This document shows, one piece after another, positions 15,096 to 24,226 of a DNA stretch of 29,827 nucleotides (its first letter is position 1; each line of letters opens with the position of its first letter). Source of the stretch: Candidatus Micrarchaeaceae archaeon (lineage in GTDB: Archaea > Micrarchaeota > Micrarchaeia > Micrarchaeales > CABMGC01). The position numbers and the translations under genes were made by a program. Under the pieces are notes generated by a model. It had not been told where the DNA came from. It did not search any database and saw only the letters and a program-made list of their open reading frames with translations. The stretch spans positions 1 to 29,827 of the forward strand of contig JAVZOJ010000001.1 of the NCBI GenBank assembly GCA_038882355.1, in the 5' to 3' direction.

Positions 15096-15614
15096 ATGGT
15101 ATTTGGAAAAGGAAAGCTGTGCTTCGCAGGAAAAAGATTGCAGAGCGCGATGGAATACCTGACGACCTATGGATGGGCAATTCTTATTATTGCAATAGTT
15201 CTTGGAGTTCTTGTCTCTCTGGGCTTGTTCTCCCCTGGCAGGCTGGCTCCAAACCAATGCCTAGTAGAGGCAGGGTTTACGTGCCTGCAGGTTTACCTAA
15301 GCGCAAATGGGCTGCTAACTGTAAACATAGAGCAGACTACAAGCACACCAATTAATGTTACAGGAATAGAATGTGTGAACAACGTTACATTTGCTTATAT
15401 GCAGACGCCTTACAATCCGCCATCAAATCAAATAAACATAAATATAGGGGGAAATTATACGTTCTCCGTATTTTGCAAGAATAGCGCGAATGGGGCAGTC
15501 ATTTCAGGAAATCCTGGCTCTCTTTTTCAAGGCTACTTTATAATGAATTACACAGACATAACTACAGGATTTTCCCACGTGCTTTATGGGAAGATTTCTG
15601 TGAAGTACAGCTAA
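15096..15614 (+). CDS. Class III signal peptide (type IV pilin-like) protein
   Basis: GKRL-QSAMEYLTTYGWAILIIAIVLGVLVSLGLFSP: basic residues, Glu at +5 and a hydrophobic helix, followed by Cys pairs and N-glycosylation sequons. Start uncertain (15069, 15084 or 15096). Confidence 0.8.
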   Translation: MVFGKGKLCFAGKRLQSAMEYLTTYGWAILIIAIVLGVLVSLGLFSPGRLAPNQCLVEAGFTCLQVYLSANGLLTVNIEQTTSTPINVTGIECVNNVTFAYMQTPYNPPSNQININIGGNYTFSVFCKNSANGAVISGNPGSLFQGYFIMNYTDITTGFSHVLYGKISVKYS

Positions 15615-16366
15615 TCATAGGCCGCCTTCCTTAATTCGCCGATGGTGCCAAAGTCTATCGTTTCATGCTCTCCAAGGCAATATGCCCTGAGATTATCAAT
15701 ATTCGCCCTCTTTTTGAAGATTGGAGCCAAGTCATAGAGGTCGCCTCCCATCATATTCGACTCCACGCCCTCTGAATAATAGCTCATTGCTGGAAGTATA
15801 AGAAGGTCGTTTCCTTTTTTCGTCTTGCCATAAAGGAAGCACTTTACTTTTTCTTTCACTCCTACCGAGTTGTATATTGCTATGGCAGGATGCATATGGC
15901 CCATAACCATTGTTTTCTTCTCCTCGCTAGCATCTTCTTCCCCATGGAAAAAGAGGTAATCAAAGACCTTATACTCTTGCCGGTATATCTCAAACCCCAA
16001 AGGTCTAGAGAGCCTGTCTACAAAATTGTCATGGTTTCCCTTTACAAGTATGATTTCTTTTATACCTGTCTTGGCCTTCATAAATGAGATAAGCTCCCTA
16101 AACTCATTAAACTCTTCCACATGTACATTTGAAAACTCATTCTTTATATCCCCATCAATGATAATCTTGCTTGGCGAGAACTCATTGCAGGCTTCTGTGA
16201 TAATCCTTATTATATTCTTCAGATTCGCCTTAGGGAGAAACACGCCTTTGTCTGCCATAACCCCTTCATATCCGAGATGAAGATCTGAACAAACAATGGA
16301 GTCAAGCTCACTTATATATGCGACAGGGATTCCTTCCCCAAGCTCTATTTTTCTGTTTAGCCTCAA
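15611..16366 (-). CDS. Lhr-associated metallophosphoesterase (calcineurin-like, MPE)
   Basis: SDLHLGYE, IIDGDIK, KGNHD, FFHG and MGHMHP metal motifs. Start reassigned to TTG 16366, 4 nt after the lhr stop, with GGGGTGA upstream. Confidence 0.9.
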   Translation of the reverse strand: MRLNRKIELGEGIPVAYISELDSIVCSDLHLGYEGVMADKGVFLPKANLKNIIRIITEACNEFSPSKIIIDGDIKNEFSNVHVEEFNEFRELISFMKAKTGIKEIILVKGNHDNFVDRLSRPLGFEIYRQEYKVFDYLFFHGEEDASEEKKTMVMGHMHPAIAIYNSVGVKEKVKCFLYGKTKKGNDLLILPAMSYYSEGVESNMMGGDLYDLAPIFKKRANIDNLRAYCLGEHETIDFGTIGELRKAAYD

Positions 16367-16370
16367 CGGC

Positions 16371-19025
16371 TCACCCCATTTCTGCGAGCCTTTCAAGGAC
16401 CTGCTTGTGAAGCTCTTTAAGGTGCTTCCTCCTATCTTTCATCATAACAATATCTGCCTCTCCCAATGTTATAAGCGTGTGGGAAAACGGGGACGGCGAG
16501 GGGGTCTTCACTACCATGTACTTTATCTCCTTTCTTGCGATTGAATTTATAATCATCTTGGACTTTGGGAGGTCCATAATGTCTTCGAATATTTCTCTGT
16601 ATGTCTCCTTTAATATTGGAAAATTCTCGCTTATTTCCTCAACAGCCTTCAAGAGTTGCTGAGAGCTTAGCTGCTGCCTATTCACGCTTATCTTCTTTCC
16701 TTTATAATTTCTAAGAACCATAAACCCTCTTGTTGAGCAGTGCCTGAATTTCCTTTTCATGAGCTCCGTCCTCTTTATATTTTCTTTTAGAATCCTTTCT
16801 ATGTCTACTTCGTTGATCCTTTCCAATAGTTCTTCTATGTCTTTTGCGCTCACTTTTACATGCTTTCCCACAACGATGCAGAAGCCATTGTCATTTACCA
16901 TTATCCCAACATCCGTAGAGTAGATATCACCTATTGCTATGCCAAATATTCTCGACAAAGTGTCATTTATCCTTCTTCCAAACATTGAATGAAAGATCAG
17001 ATATTGGTTCTGAGATTTTAGGTCTTTTGTAAGCTCTACAACAAGAAGGTTGTGCTTAGGTATAAAGTCTGCAAAAAGGATTTGCTCTAAAAAGTAAGAG
17101 TAGATTGCCCTTTTTGCATTTTCATCGATAGGCATGGAGTCGAGCAATTCCCTTGCTTCGCTTCCTATCTTAATGCTGTTCTTTACAAGCATATGTGCGA
17201 GCATTCCCTTGCTTTTTATCTCTTTCCTTATAGCGTTCTCCAACTTTTCCCTAAATTTTCCGATCTCCAGCGCAAGCTCGTAAGTCAAAGGGAGCTGCTC
17301 TGAAAACCAAGGAGGTATGGTGGGCGTTGGGGAATCAGACTTTGATACATAGCACTTCATTCCTGAAGACCTTTCGAACTTATAGAGCTTCCCTCCAAGA
17401 ACGAAAATGTCTCCAGGTTTTAGCCTGGAGAGGAATTCTTCCTCTATGCTCCCTATCCACTTCCCTTCTGAAGAAAATACGTCTACGGCTACTTCATCAG
17501 GTATTGTGCCTATGTTCAGGTAGTATATGATCTTCCCATATCTGCCTCTTTTCCCAAATTCCATCGCGTTCTCATCATACCATATCTTGCCATAGACCCT
17601 TCTGCTCTCTAGCCCTACATACATTCCTGAAAGGTATTCAAGAAGTGAGAGGAAGTCTTTCTTGCTGAGGTCCTTATATGGATAAGCCCTCTTTACAACA
17701 TTAAAGGCTTCATCCACCTTCCATTTCTTGTTCAACGCCATGCCTACAATGTGCTGCGCAAGGACGTCAAGCGCGTTTTTAGGGATTGAGAAAGAGTCAA
17801 GATGCCTCTTCTTGGCCGCATCAAGCATTACAGAGCATTCTACAAGGTCATCTCTATTTAAGACGATAACTAGCCCTTTCGCAACGTCGTTGAACCTATG
17901 CCCGCTCCTTCCTATCCTTTGCAGTGCCCTTGTTACGCTCTTTGGGGAACCGAGCTGGATCACCTCGTCTATGCTTCCTATATCTACTCCAAGTTCAAGG
18001 CTTGTCGATGAAACGACGCATTTGAGCTTGCCTTTCTTGAGCATGTCTTCTACGCCAAGCCTTAGCTCTCTGGAAAGGGAGCCGTGATGCGCAGCAATCT
18101 CCTCTTCTTTATAATGCTTCTTCTTCATCAAGTTGAAAACGACCCTCTCTGTTCCGCTTCTTGTGTTTGTAAAAATAAGCACTGTCTTGCTCCTCCTAAT
18201 TTCTCTATCTATTATCGAATAAGTCTTTTCTTCTATCTCTGATTCTTCGGCGCTTATCATGTCTTCTACAGGACTTATTGTTTTAAACTCCATCTTTTTG
18301 TCCCAAGTAGCATCAACGATTACGCAGTCTCTCTCTTGCATATTTTTTCCGAGACCTACAAGGAACCTTGCAGCTTCTTCTATAGGGAAAAGCGTTGCGC
18401 CCAAGCCAATCCTTATGAAGTCCCTTCCTATCATCTCTGCCAGCCTTTCAAGAGAAAGGGAGAGGTGAACCCCCCTTTTGTTGTTTGCTAGCTCATGGAT
18501 TTCATCTATTACTACATACCTCACCTCACTCAAATGCTCGGAAAACTTTTCGCTATTCAGCATGATTGCAAGGCTTTCAGGAGTAGTGACCAATATATGA
18601 GGCGGATTCTTTAATTGCCTTTGCCTCTCGCTTTGGGTCGTATCTCCAGTCCTTATCCCAACCCTTATTCTGTTTGGGCCAAGAAGGGGCGCTATCTCCT
18701 CCAAAGGCTCTGAGAGATTCTTATATATGTCGTTGTTCAAGGCCCTAAGCGGAGAGATGTAAACACAGTATATTTTGTCTTTCAGCTCATTTTTCTCGAT
18801 GAGAGAGATGAGGCTGCTTATTATAGACATAAAAGCAGAGAAGGTTTTTCCGCTTCCTGTAGGGGCAGTTATGAGAACACTCTTTCCTTCTGCGATAAGC
18901 TTGAACGCAAACCTCTGCGGAGAGGTCAATGAAGGATATTTAGACTTGAACCATTCCCTTATTATTGGATGGAGAACTGACAAGGCTTCATCTTCTGAGA
19001 ATGGCTCCTTTTGATAACTAATCAA
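16371..19025 (-). CDS. lhr: Lhr-family SF2 helicase (Lhr-core)
   Basis: HPIIREWF, APTGSGKT, YISPLRALNND, TTPESL, DEIH, GLGAT, HHGSLS, TSSLELGVDIG, QRIGRSGH, LDVLAQH. Start TTG 19025 (GGTGA upstream) or ATG 19043; the track extension to 19157 overlaps lig. Confidence 0.95.
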   Translation of the reverse strand: MISYQKEPFSEDEALSVLHPIIREWFKSKYPSLTSPQRFAFKLIAEGKSVLITAPTGSGKTFSAFMSIISSLISLIEKNELKDKIYCVYISPLRALNNDIYKNLSEPLEEIAPLLGPNRIRVGIRTGDTTQSERQRQLKNPPHILVTTPESLAIMLNSEKFSEHLSEVRYVVIDEIHELANNKRGVHLSLSLERLAEMIGRDFIRIGLGATLFPIEEAARFLVGLGKNMQERDCVIVDATWDKKMEFKTISPVEDMISAEESEIEEKTYSIIDREIRRSKTVLIFTNTRSGTERVVFNLMKKKHYKEEEIAAHHGSLSRELRLGVEDMLKKGKLKCVVSSTSLELGVDIGSIDEVIQLGSPKSVTRALQRIGRSGHRFNDVAKGLVIVLNRDDLVECSVMLDAAKKRHLDSFSIPKNALDVLAQHIVGMALNKKWKVDEAFNVVKRAYPYKDLSKKDFLSLLEYLSGMYVGLESRRVYGKIWYDENAMEFGKRGRYGKIIYYLNIGTIPDEVAVDVFSSEGKWIGSIEEEFLSRLKPGDIFVLGGKLYKFERSSGMKCYVSKSDSPTPTIPPWFSEQLPLTYELALEIGKFREKLENAIRKEIKSKGMLAHMLVKNSIKIGSEARELLDSMPIDENAKRAIYSYFLEQILFADFIPKHNLLVVELTKDLKSQNQYLIFHSMFGRRINDTLSRIFGIAIGDIYSTDVGIMVNDNGFCIVVGKHVKVSAKDIEELLERINEVDIERILKENIKRTELMKRKFRHCSTRGFMVLRNYKGKKISVNRQQLSSQQLLKAVEEISENFPILKETYREIFEDIMDLPKSKMIINSIARKEIKYMVVKTPSPSPFSHTLITLGEADIVMMKDRRKHLKELHKQVLERLAEMG

Positions 19026-19123
19026 AAAATTCACCAAATACATAATATTGCGAAGAAGATTAATATTTGTAATATTGGCAGAGTTTGGAAAGAGATAAAT
19101 TCTTTGATTGTTACATAATAAAT

Positions 19124-20887
19124 ATGTTGTTTTCAGACATGGCAAATTACTACTCAAAGCTTGAATCTACTTCTTCAAGAATATCAATGGTAGAGGTGAT
19201 GAAAGATGCGTTTAAGCAGGCAGAGAAAGATGAGATTAGGAACTTAATATATCTCACCAAAGGCATGCTTGCGCCCCCTTTTGAAAACATAGAAATAGGA
19301 ATAGCTGAAAAGATGGCTGCAGAAGCGATATCGATAACTACTGGCGTTTCAAGGGAGGAGGTAGAAAAAGAGTTCAAAAAAGAGGGCGATTTGGGGGTTG
19401 TGGCTGAAAAGCTAATGGGAAAAAATAAAGTAAGACAAATAAAGGAAAGGAGGTTCAAGGTCAACGAAGTTTATGAAGCTTTGAAGAAGATAGCGATGAT
19501 AACAGGAGAAGGAAGCCAGCAGGCAAAGCTCAAGACTCTCTCTGAACTCCTCGCTTCGTGCTCGCCTAAGGAAGCAAAGTACATCATTAGGTTCGTGCTT
19601 GGCGAGCTAAGGCTTGGCGTTGGAGATGCAACGATACTTGAGGCGCTTGCAAGCGCATATACTGGTAACAGAAAGAACAAATCGCTGCTTGAAAACGCCT
19701 ACAACATTTGCAGCGATCTTGGAAAGGTTGGCGAAGAAGTCGCAAATAAAGGGATAGAGGGAATAAAAGGATTCAAGGTTTCCCTTTTCAATCCCATAAG
19801 GCCTGCGCTCGCAGAAAGGTTGCCTACAGCTGAAGAAATATTAAAAAGGATGGGGGGAATCGCTTCTGTCGAAAGCAAATATGATGGCCTCAGGGCGCAG
19901 GTGCATCTAGACAAGAAGCAAAAGAAAGTAGAGATATTTTCAAGAAATCTAGAAAGGCTTACGCCAATGCTGCCGGATATTGTCGAAGCTGCAATGAAAG
20001 AGATACGCGCAGATGAGGCAATCATCGATGGGGAAGCGATTGCATACAATGAAGTAGAGGACTTATTCTATCCGTTCCAAGAGACCATACAGAGAAAAAG
20101 GAAGCACGGAGTAGAGGAGAAGAGCAAAGAGCTGCCTCTCCACCTTTTTGCATTTGACATAATGTACCTTGATGGCAAAGACCTTTTATCCCTGCCGTAT
20201 TCTGAGAGAAGAAAGAAGCTCGAGGAGGTAGCAAAGGGCGATAGGATAAGGCCTACAGACAGGATTGTAGCAAAGTCCCCAAGAGAGCTCGAAAGGTACT
20301 TTGAGAATGTAGTAAGCAAAGGACTTGAAGGGATTGTTGCAAAAGACATGAATGCACCATATGTAGCAGGGGCAAGGAAATTCAGCTGGATAAAGTTGAA
20401 GAGAAGCTACAAAGGTGAGCTCTCGGACTCTTTGGATTTGGTGATTGTAGGCTATTATTTGGGAAGGGGAACAAGGGCAGAGTTTCAATTCGGAGGGCTT
20501 CTTTGCGCAATATATGACAAAAAGAAGGATATGTTCGAAACAATAACGAGGATAGGGACAGGGTTTACAGAAGAGATGATGAAAGAGCTGAAAGAAGAGC
20601 TTGACAAGATAAAAGTAAGCAAAAAGCCCGCAAGAGTGGATTCGCTCATAGAGCCAGACTTTTGGGTTGAACCTAGATATGTTGTAACTGTCAAGGCAGA
20701 TGAAATAACAAAGTCTCCAATGCACACAGCAGGGAGAGAAGGAGAGACAGGTTATGCTTTAAGGTTTCCAAGAATCGTGGGAAGCGGTATAAGAAGAGAC
20801 AAAAGTCCTGAGGACGCCACGACCCTGGAAGAAGTAATGAAGATGTATAAGGACCAGAAGAAGGTAAGAGTAGAGGAGCAGCAATAA
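19124..20887 (+). CDS. lig: ATP-dependent DNA ligase (archaeal Lig)
   Basis: KYDG adenylation motif, IIDGEA, AFDIMY, EGIVAK, WIKLK, LRFPR; N-terminal DNA-binding domain. Start reassigned to ATG 19124 (MLFSDMA). Confidence 0.97.
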   Translation: MLFSDMANYYSKLESTSSRISMVEVMKDAFKQAEKDEIRNLIYLTKGMLAPPFENIEIGIAEKMAAEAISITTGVSREEVEKEFKKEGDLGVVAEKLMGKNKVRQIKERRFKVNEVYEALKKIAMITGEGSQQAKLKTLSELLASCSPKEAKYIIRFVLGELRLGVGDATILEALASAYTGNRKNKSLLENAYNICSDLGKVGEEVANKGIEGIKGFKVSLFNPIRPALAERLPTAEEILKRMGGIASVESKYDGLRAQVHLDKKQKKVEIFSRNLERLTPMLPDIVEAAMKEIRADEAIIDGEAIAYNEVEDLFYPFQETIQRKRKHGVEEKSKELPLHLFAFDIMYLDGKDLLSLPYSERRKKLEEVAKGDRIRPTDRIVAKSPRELERYFENVVSKGLEGIVAKDMNAPYVAGARKFSWIKLKRSYKGELSDSLDLVIVGYYLGRGTRAEFQFGGLLCAIYDKKKDMFETITRIGTGFTEEMMKELKEELDKIKVSKKPARVDSLIEPDFWVEPRYVVTVKADEITKSPMHTAGREGETGYALRFPRIVGSGIRRDKSPEDATTLEEVMKMYKDQKKVRVEEQQ

Positions 20888-20903
20888 GAAGAAGGCGTAT
20901 GCA

Positions 20904-21902
20904 TTGGAAGAGAAGCCAATCACAAGGGAAAGGATCGCGATAGCTGCAGCGGTTATTGCAGTGCTGCTAGTGGCATCTGCTCTTCTCAATATAAGATATT
21001 ATTACGAAAGCGGCCTTGGAAGGTGCAAGTCTCTTGTTTTTGAAAGCGAGAGAAGCTCTTGCATAACCTCTCTTGCGATCTCTGAGAGAAATTCGAGCCT
21101 TTGCAGAATTTCAGGAAATCCGAGCGTGTGCTACTTGCAGATTGCAGAAAAAGAAGTAAATGGAAGTATGTGCGCAGAAGCCGGAAGCCTGAAGTATGAG
21201 TGCTATTCTTATATGGCGAATTACACAAAAAACCCCTCATTCTGCAGCTTCCTGCCCAATTCTTCTTCATGCATAATCGAAATCGCATCCTTCTTGGGCA
21301 AGCCAGACCTCTGCGTGCAAGTATCAAACAATTCATTATATTACGACTGCCTTTCTGCCTCATTGATAAGGGAAGCCATAGATACAAATAACGTTTCATT
21401 GTGCAACCAAAACTTTAGCGTTCCATTAAGCAGCGCTCTGAGATATATGGAGAATGTAAGCTATAAATTTGAAAGCCCTCTTGTTGATCTGATTGCATAC
21501 AATTCCAGCAACGAAAGCTTTTATAATATATGCACGTATTTTTATGCGACAGCAACATCTTCTCCTTCGTTGTGCAGCAGCATAAAGAGCAGCCTGCTTA
21601 AATACTCATGCGACTACTTTGAAAATGTAAACATAACTTCAAACTATACATACTTCAACTATACAAGCTTCCTTTCAGAGTGCGAGAAATATTCAGGGAG
21701 CTCCTCCTTTTGCTCTGGAGTCGCCAAATTGGCCCTGGGCATAGAAAGCAAGAATTTAAGCGTTTGCGAAGGAATGGAAGGGGTCAACCTTTACTCTTGC
21801 TACTCTGCATTTGCTGAGGCATATAAAAATGCGTCTTACTGCTATTACATACAGAATTCAACATACAGGGGCTACTGCATAAGCAATGTGAATGCAACAT
21901 GA
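20904..21902 (+). CDS. Membrane-anchored Cys-rich repeat surface protein
   Basis: N-terminal TM (IAIAAAVIAVLLVASALL), 20 Cys arranged in ~23-24-aa repeats with six C-x13-C and two C-x17-C spacings, and many N-x-S/T sequons. Confidence 0.85.
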   Translation: MEEKPITRERIAIAAAVIAVLLVASALLNIRYYYESGLGRCKSLVFESERSSCITSLAISERNSSLCRISGNPSVCYLQIAEKEVNGSMCAEAGSLKYECYSYMANYTKNPSFCSFLPNSSSCIIEIASFLGKPDLCVQVSNNSLYYDCLSASLIREAIDTNNVSLCNQNFSVPLSSALRYMENVSYKFESPLVDLIAYNSSNESFYNICTYFYATATSSPSLCSSIKSSLLKYSCDYFENVNITSNYTYFNYTSFLSECEKYSGSSSFCSGVAKLALGIESKNLSVCEGMEGVNLYSCYSAFAEAYKNASYCYYIQNSTYRGYCISNVNAT

Positions 21903-22111
21903 AAAATATCGCGCCTACCTCCAGGAGATGCATTCAGCCAATATTTCTTAAGAGGAGGCTCTGCAGGTTGACGAATTGATTGTTTTTGCTAGATGGCGCG
22001 CCCCATACTAACCAGCGTTATATGAAAAATAACAACGCATGTATTTCTGCTCGCGATTACTTCCACTATACACAGGGCCATTGCAAAGTGATTAGATGAA
22101 GCATAAATATT

Positions 22112-23533
22112 TTGCCAGAGAAAAAATTATCAATTAGGCAAACCATAAATGTAATTGCGAGATTTGCCTTGATAGTGGCAGAAAGGCAGAATGCCGCTAT
22201 TTTGAAGGCTACAGCTATTGCATGCAGTGATGTGTATATGTCTTCAATTCTTTGCTATAAAAAAGATTCAGGAATAGCTTACATTCTAGACAAAGGAAAA
22301 TATGTGAGGGAAGAGGCAGAGCTTGAAGAAAAAAGCAACAAGGAAGCCTTTGAGCATGCAGAAAACCTTGCAGAAAAGAGCATAAGGGACTTTTCTGACA
22401 GAAGGGAAGGCCTGAAGGAAGTTACTGAAAAAATGAGGCAAAGCATAAATAACGCTGCAAAAAGCTTCTTGAGAGAATTTTTCCTTTATTCCCCAATAAT
22501 AGTGAGGTTTCACAACGATGTCGATGGCGCAAGCGGCGCTGCAGCGTTTTGCAATGCAATAAATGAATTAGAGCTGCGTTACAACATGCCAAGGCACGAA
22601 ATCTTATACATACCCCAGAGAAACGTGTTCTATTCTTCTGAAGATGCTGAAGCAGATATCTCTTTTTTCAAAAGATTCAAGTTTATTGGAAAGGGTGCAA
22701 TTGTGAATATAGACTTTGGCACATCCCCAGAGAGCACTGAAGGGATAAGGAAAATAGAAAGCTTTGAGGTTTTTTGGATCGACCATCACCCTGTAGAAGG
22801 GTTTGAAAGAAAAGGAATAAGGCATTATTTGAATCCATGGCTATACAAAGGAGACTCCAATTACACAGGGGGCTACCTTGCAAGCAAATTTGTAGAAGCT
22901 TTCTCCACTGCAAACAACAAAATCTTCGAGGAAGCCTCATTGATTGGAGACTTCAGCGTGTTTGCTAATCCGACAAAAGAGGCAAGGGAGCTCGCAGGGG
23001 CCATAGACCTTTTGACAACCGATAAAAGATTCTTAAAGAACCCGGAGAATGGAATAAGCCCGAAGGAGGTCTTGTCGCTCGCAGAAGACGAAAAAAGGAG
23101 GAAGGAGCTGTTTGTCATCGCAGAAGACAGAATTGAGGAAGCAATACTTGCCAGCTTTGGAGGGATGAAAGAAAAATACGTAAATGAGTGCGCAATATAC
23201 ACCATTGACTTTGACGTTCTAGATGATGAGGTAAGGTACCCAGGGCTTGGAAGGTTTGCTACAAAAGTATATGAAAAACTGTCTTCATTGGTAAAATCAA
23301 AGGTGGTAATAATAGCTTATGCAGGCAAGTATATATCCATTAGGGCAGATTCATCAATAAGATGGTTTAATTCGCATCGATTAATAGATGAACTGAGAAG
23401 CGCAGGATTTAAAATAGAGACTGGAGGGGGCCACACGCACGCCGGCGCAATTAAGGCATTATACAAAGAAGACGTAAAAGACATGGCAAGGTTTCTCTCC
23501 CGCACAGTGGAAAAGATTGCAAGAGAGAGTTGA
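22112..23533 (+). CDS. RecJ-like DHH-family phosphoesterase (shortened COG1107-like)
   Basis: IVRFHNDVDG, NIDFGT, IDHHP, LNPWL, IGDF, and DHHA1 motif GGGHTHAG. Start uncertain (see finding). Confidence 0.85.
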   Translation: MPEKKLSIRQTINVIARFALIVAERQNAAILKATAIACSDVYMSSILCYKKDSGIAYILDKGKYVREEAELEEKSNKEAFEHAENLAEKSIRDFSDRREGLKEVTEKMRQSINNAAKSFLREFFLYSPIIVRFHNDVDGASGAAAFCNAINELELRYNMPRHEILYIPQRNVFYSSEDAEADISFFKRFKFIGKGAIVNIDFGTSPESTEGIRKIESFEVFWIDHHPVEGFERKGIRHYLNPWLYKGDSNYTGGYLASKFVEAFSTANNKIFEEASLIGDFSVFANPTKEARELAGAIDLLTTDKRFLKNPENGISPKEVLSLAEDEKRRKELFVIAEDRIEEAILASFGGMKEKYVNECAIYTIDFDVLDDEVRYPGLGRFATKVYEKLSSLVKSKVVIIAYAGKYISIRADSSIRWFNSHRLIDELRSAGFKIETGGGHTHAGAIKALYKEDVKDMARFLSRTVEKIARES

Positions 23534-23534
23534 T

Positions 23535-24224
23535 TTACACTCCGTGGAACCAAAATCCCTTCTCTTTTTCTTGCTTCTTCTTGAATATTTTGGCAAATAA
23601 GCTCTGCTTCTTTTGCTTTACTTCTATGTTTAGCTCTTTCGCCAAATCTGGATGCTCAAGCAAATAGTTGTTTTGAAACTCTGCAAACTTCTCCATTTTC
23701 CTCTTCTCATAGAGCGCTTTCTTTTTGTTCCATTCTTCTTTTATCTTCTCCCACTCTTCTTTAGTATAGCCATAAGGCGGGTGCTCCCTTATCTGCGCCG
23801 GGTTGTATTGCTTTGAATATACCTCTTTGTAATAGTCCACTTCATTTACTGTCGCGGTTGAAATGTCTACATGCACAGACTTAGACTCAAGGAATTGCTT
23901 CAGCTCTTCAAGGCTTATCTTTGGCTTTCTGTTCTTTGCATCTGGAGGATTAAACATGACATATATGCTTCTCTTGACAAAGCTCACTTGGGCCCTTAGG
24001 ACAGGCTCCAAAAGGAGGAGCTCGTACTGAAGTCTTGCAGAATGCTCAAGGTCTATGAGCTCTTCCTTCTTTATATTGTTGAAAGTCACTTCCTTTACAA
24101 TTCTATATGGCACCCTGAATATCTCTCCATTTTCTTCTACAAACTCCTCCTCAACGCTCTCTCCTCCCTCTTCGAGGTCTTTTAGAAAGCCGCTTTTTTC
24201 TGGGCCTGTTTGCCTCCTATCCAC
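23535..24224 (-). CDS. Hypothetical protein with an HMA-like (ferredoxin-fold) central region lacking CxxC
   Basis: EPVLRAQVSFVKRSIYVMFNPP...ISLEELKQFLESKSVHV resembles the second half of HMA domains; no Cys in the protein; Lys-rich tail. Start reassigned to GTG 24224, 2 nt after the radical SAM stop. Confidence 0.6.
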   Translation of the reverse strand: MDRRQTGPEKSGFLKDLEEGGESVEEEFVEENGEIFRVPYRIVKEVTFNNIKKEELIDLEHSARLQYELLLLEPVLRAQVSFVKRSIYVMFNPPDAKNRKPKISLEELKQFLESKSVHVDISTATVNEVDYYKEVYSKQYNPAQIREHPPYGYTKEEWEKIKEEWNKKKALYEKRKMEKFAEFQNNYLLEHPDLAKELNIEVKQKKQSLFAKIFKKKQEKEKGFWFHGV

Positions 24225-24226
24225 GC

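Noticed and set aside
21903-22095. Small ORFs in the gap after the Cys-repeat gene (26 aa from 21899; 25 aa from 22022), both starting ATGAAAAATA
   Set aside because: Too short, no recognisable motif or ribosome site; the 10-bp repeat is AT-rich and could be chance.
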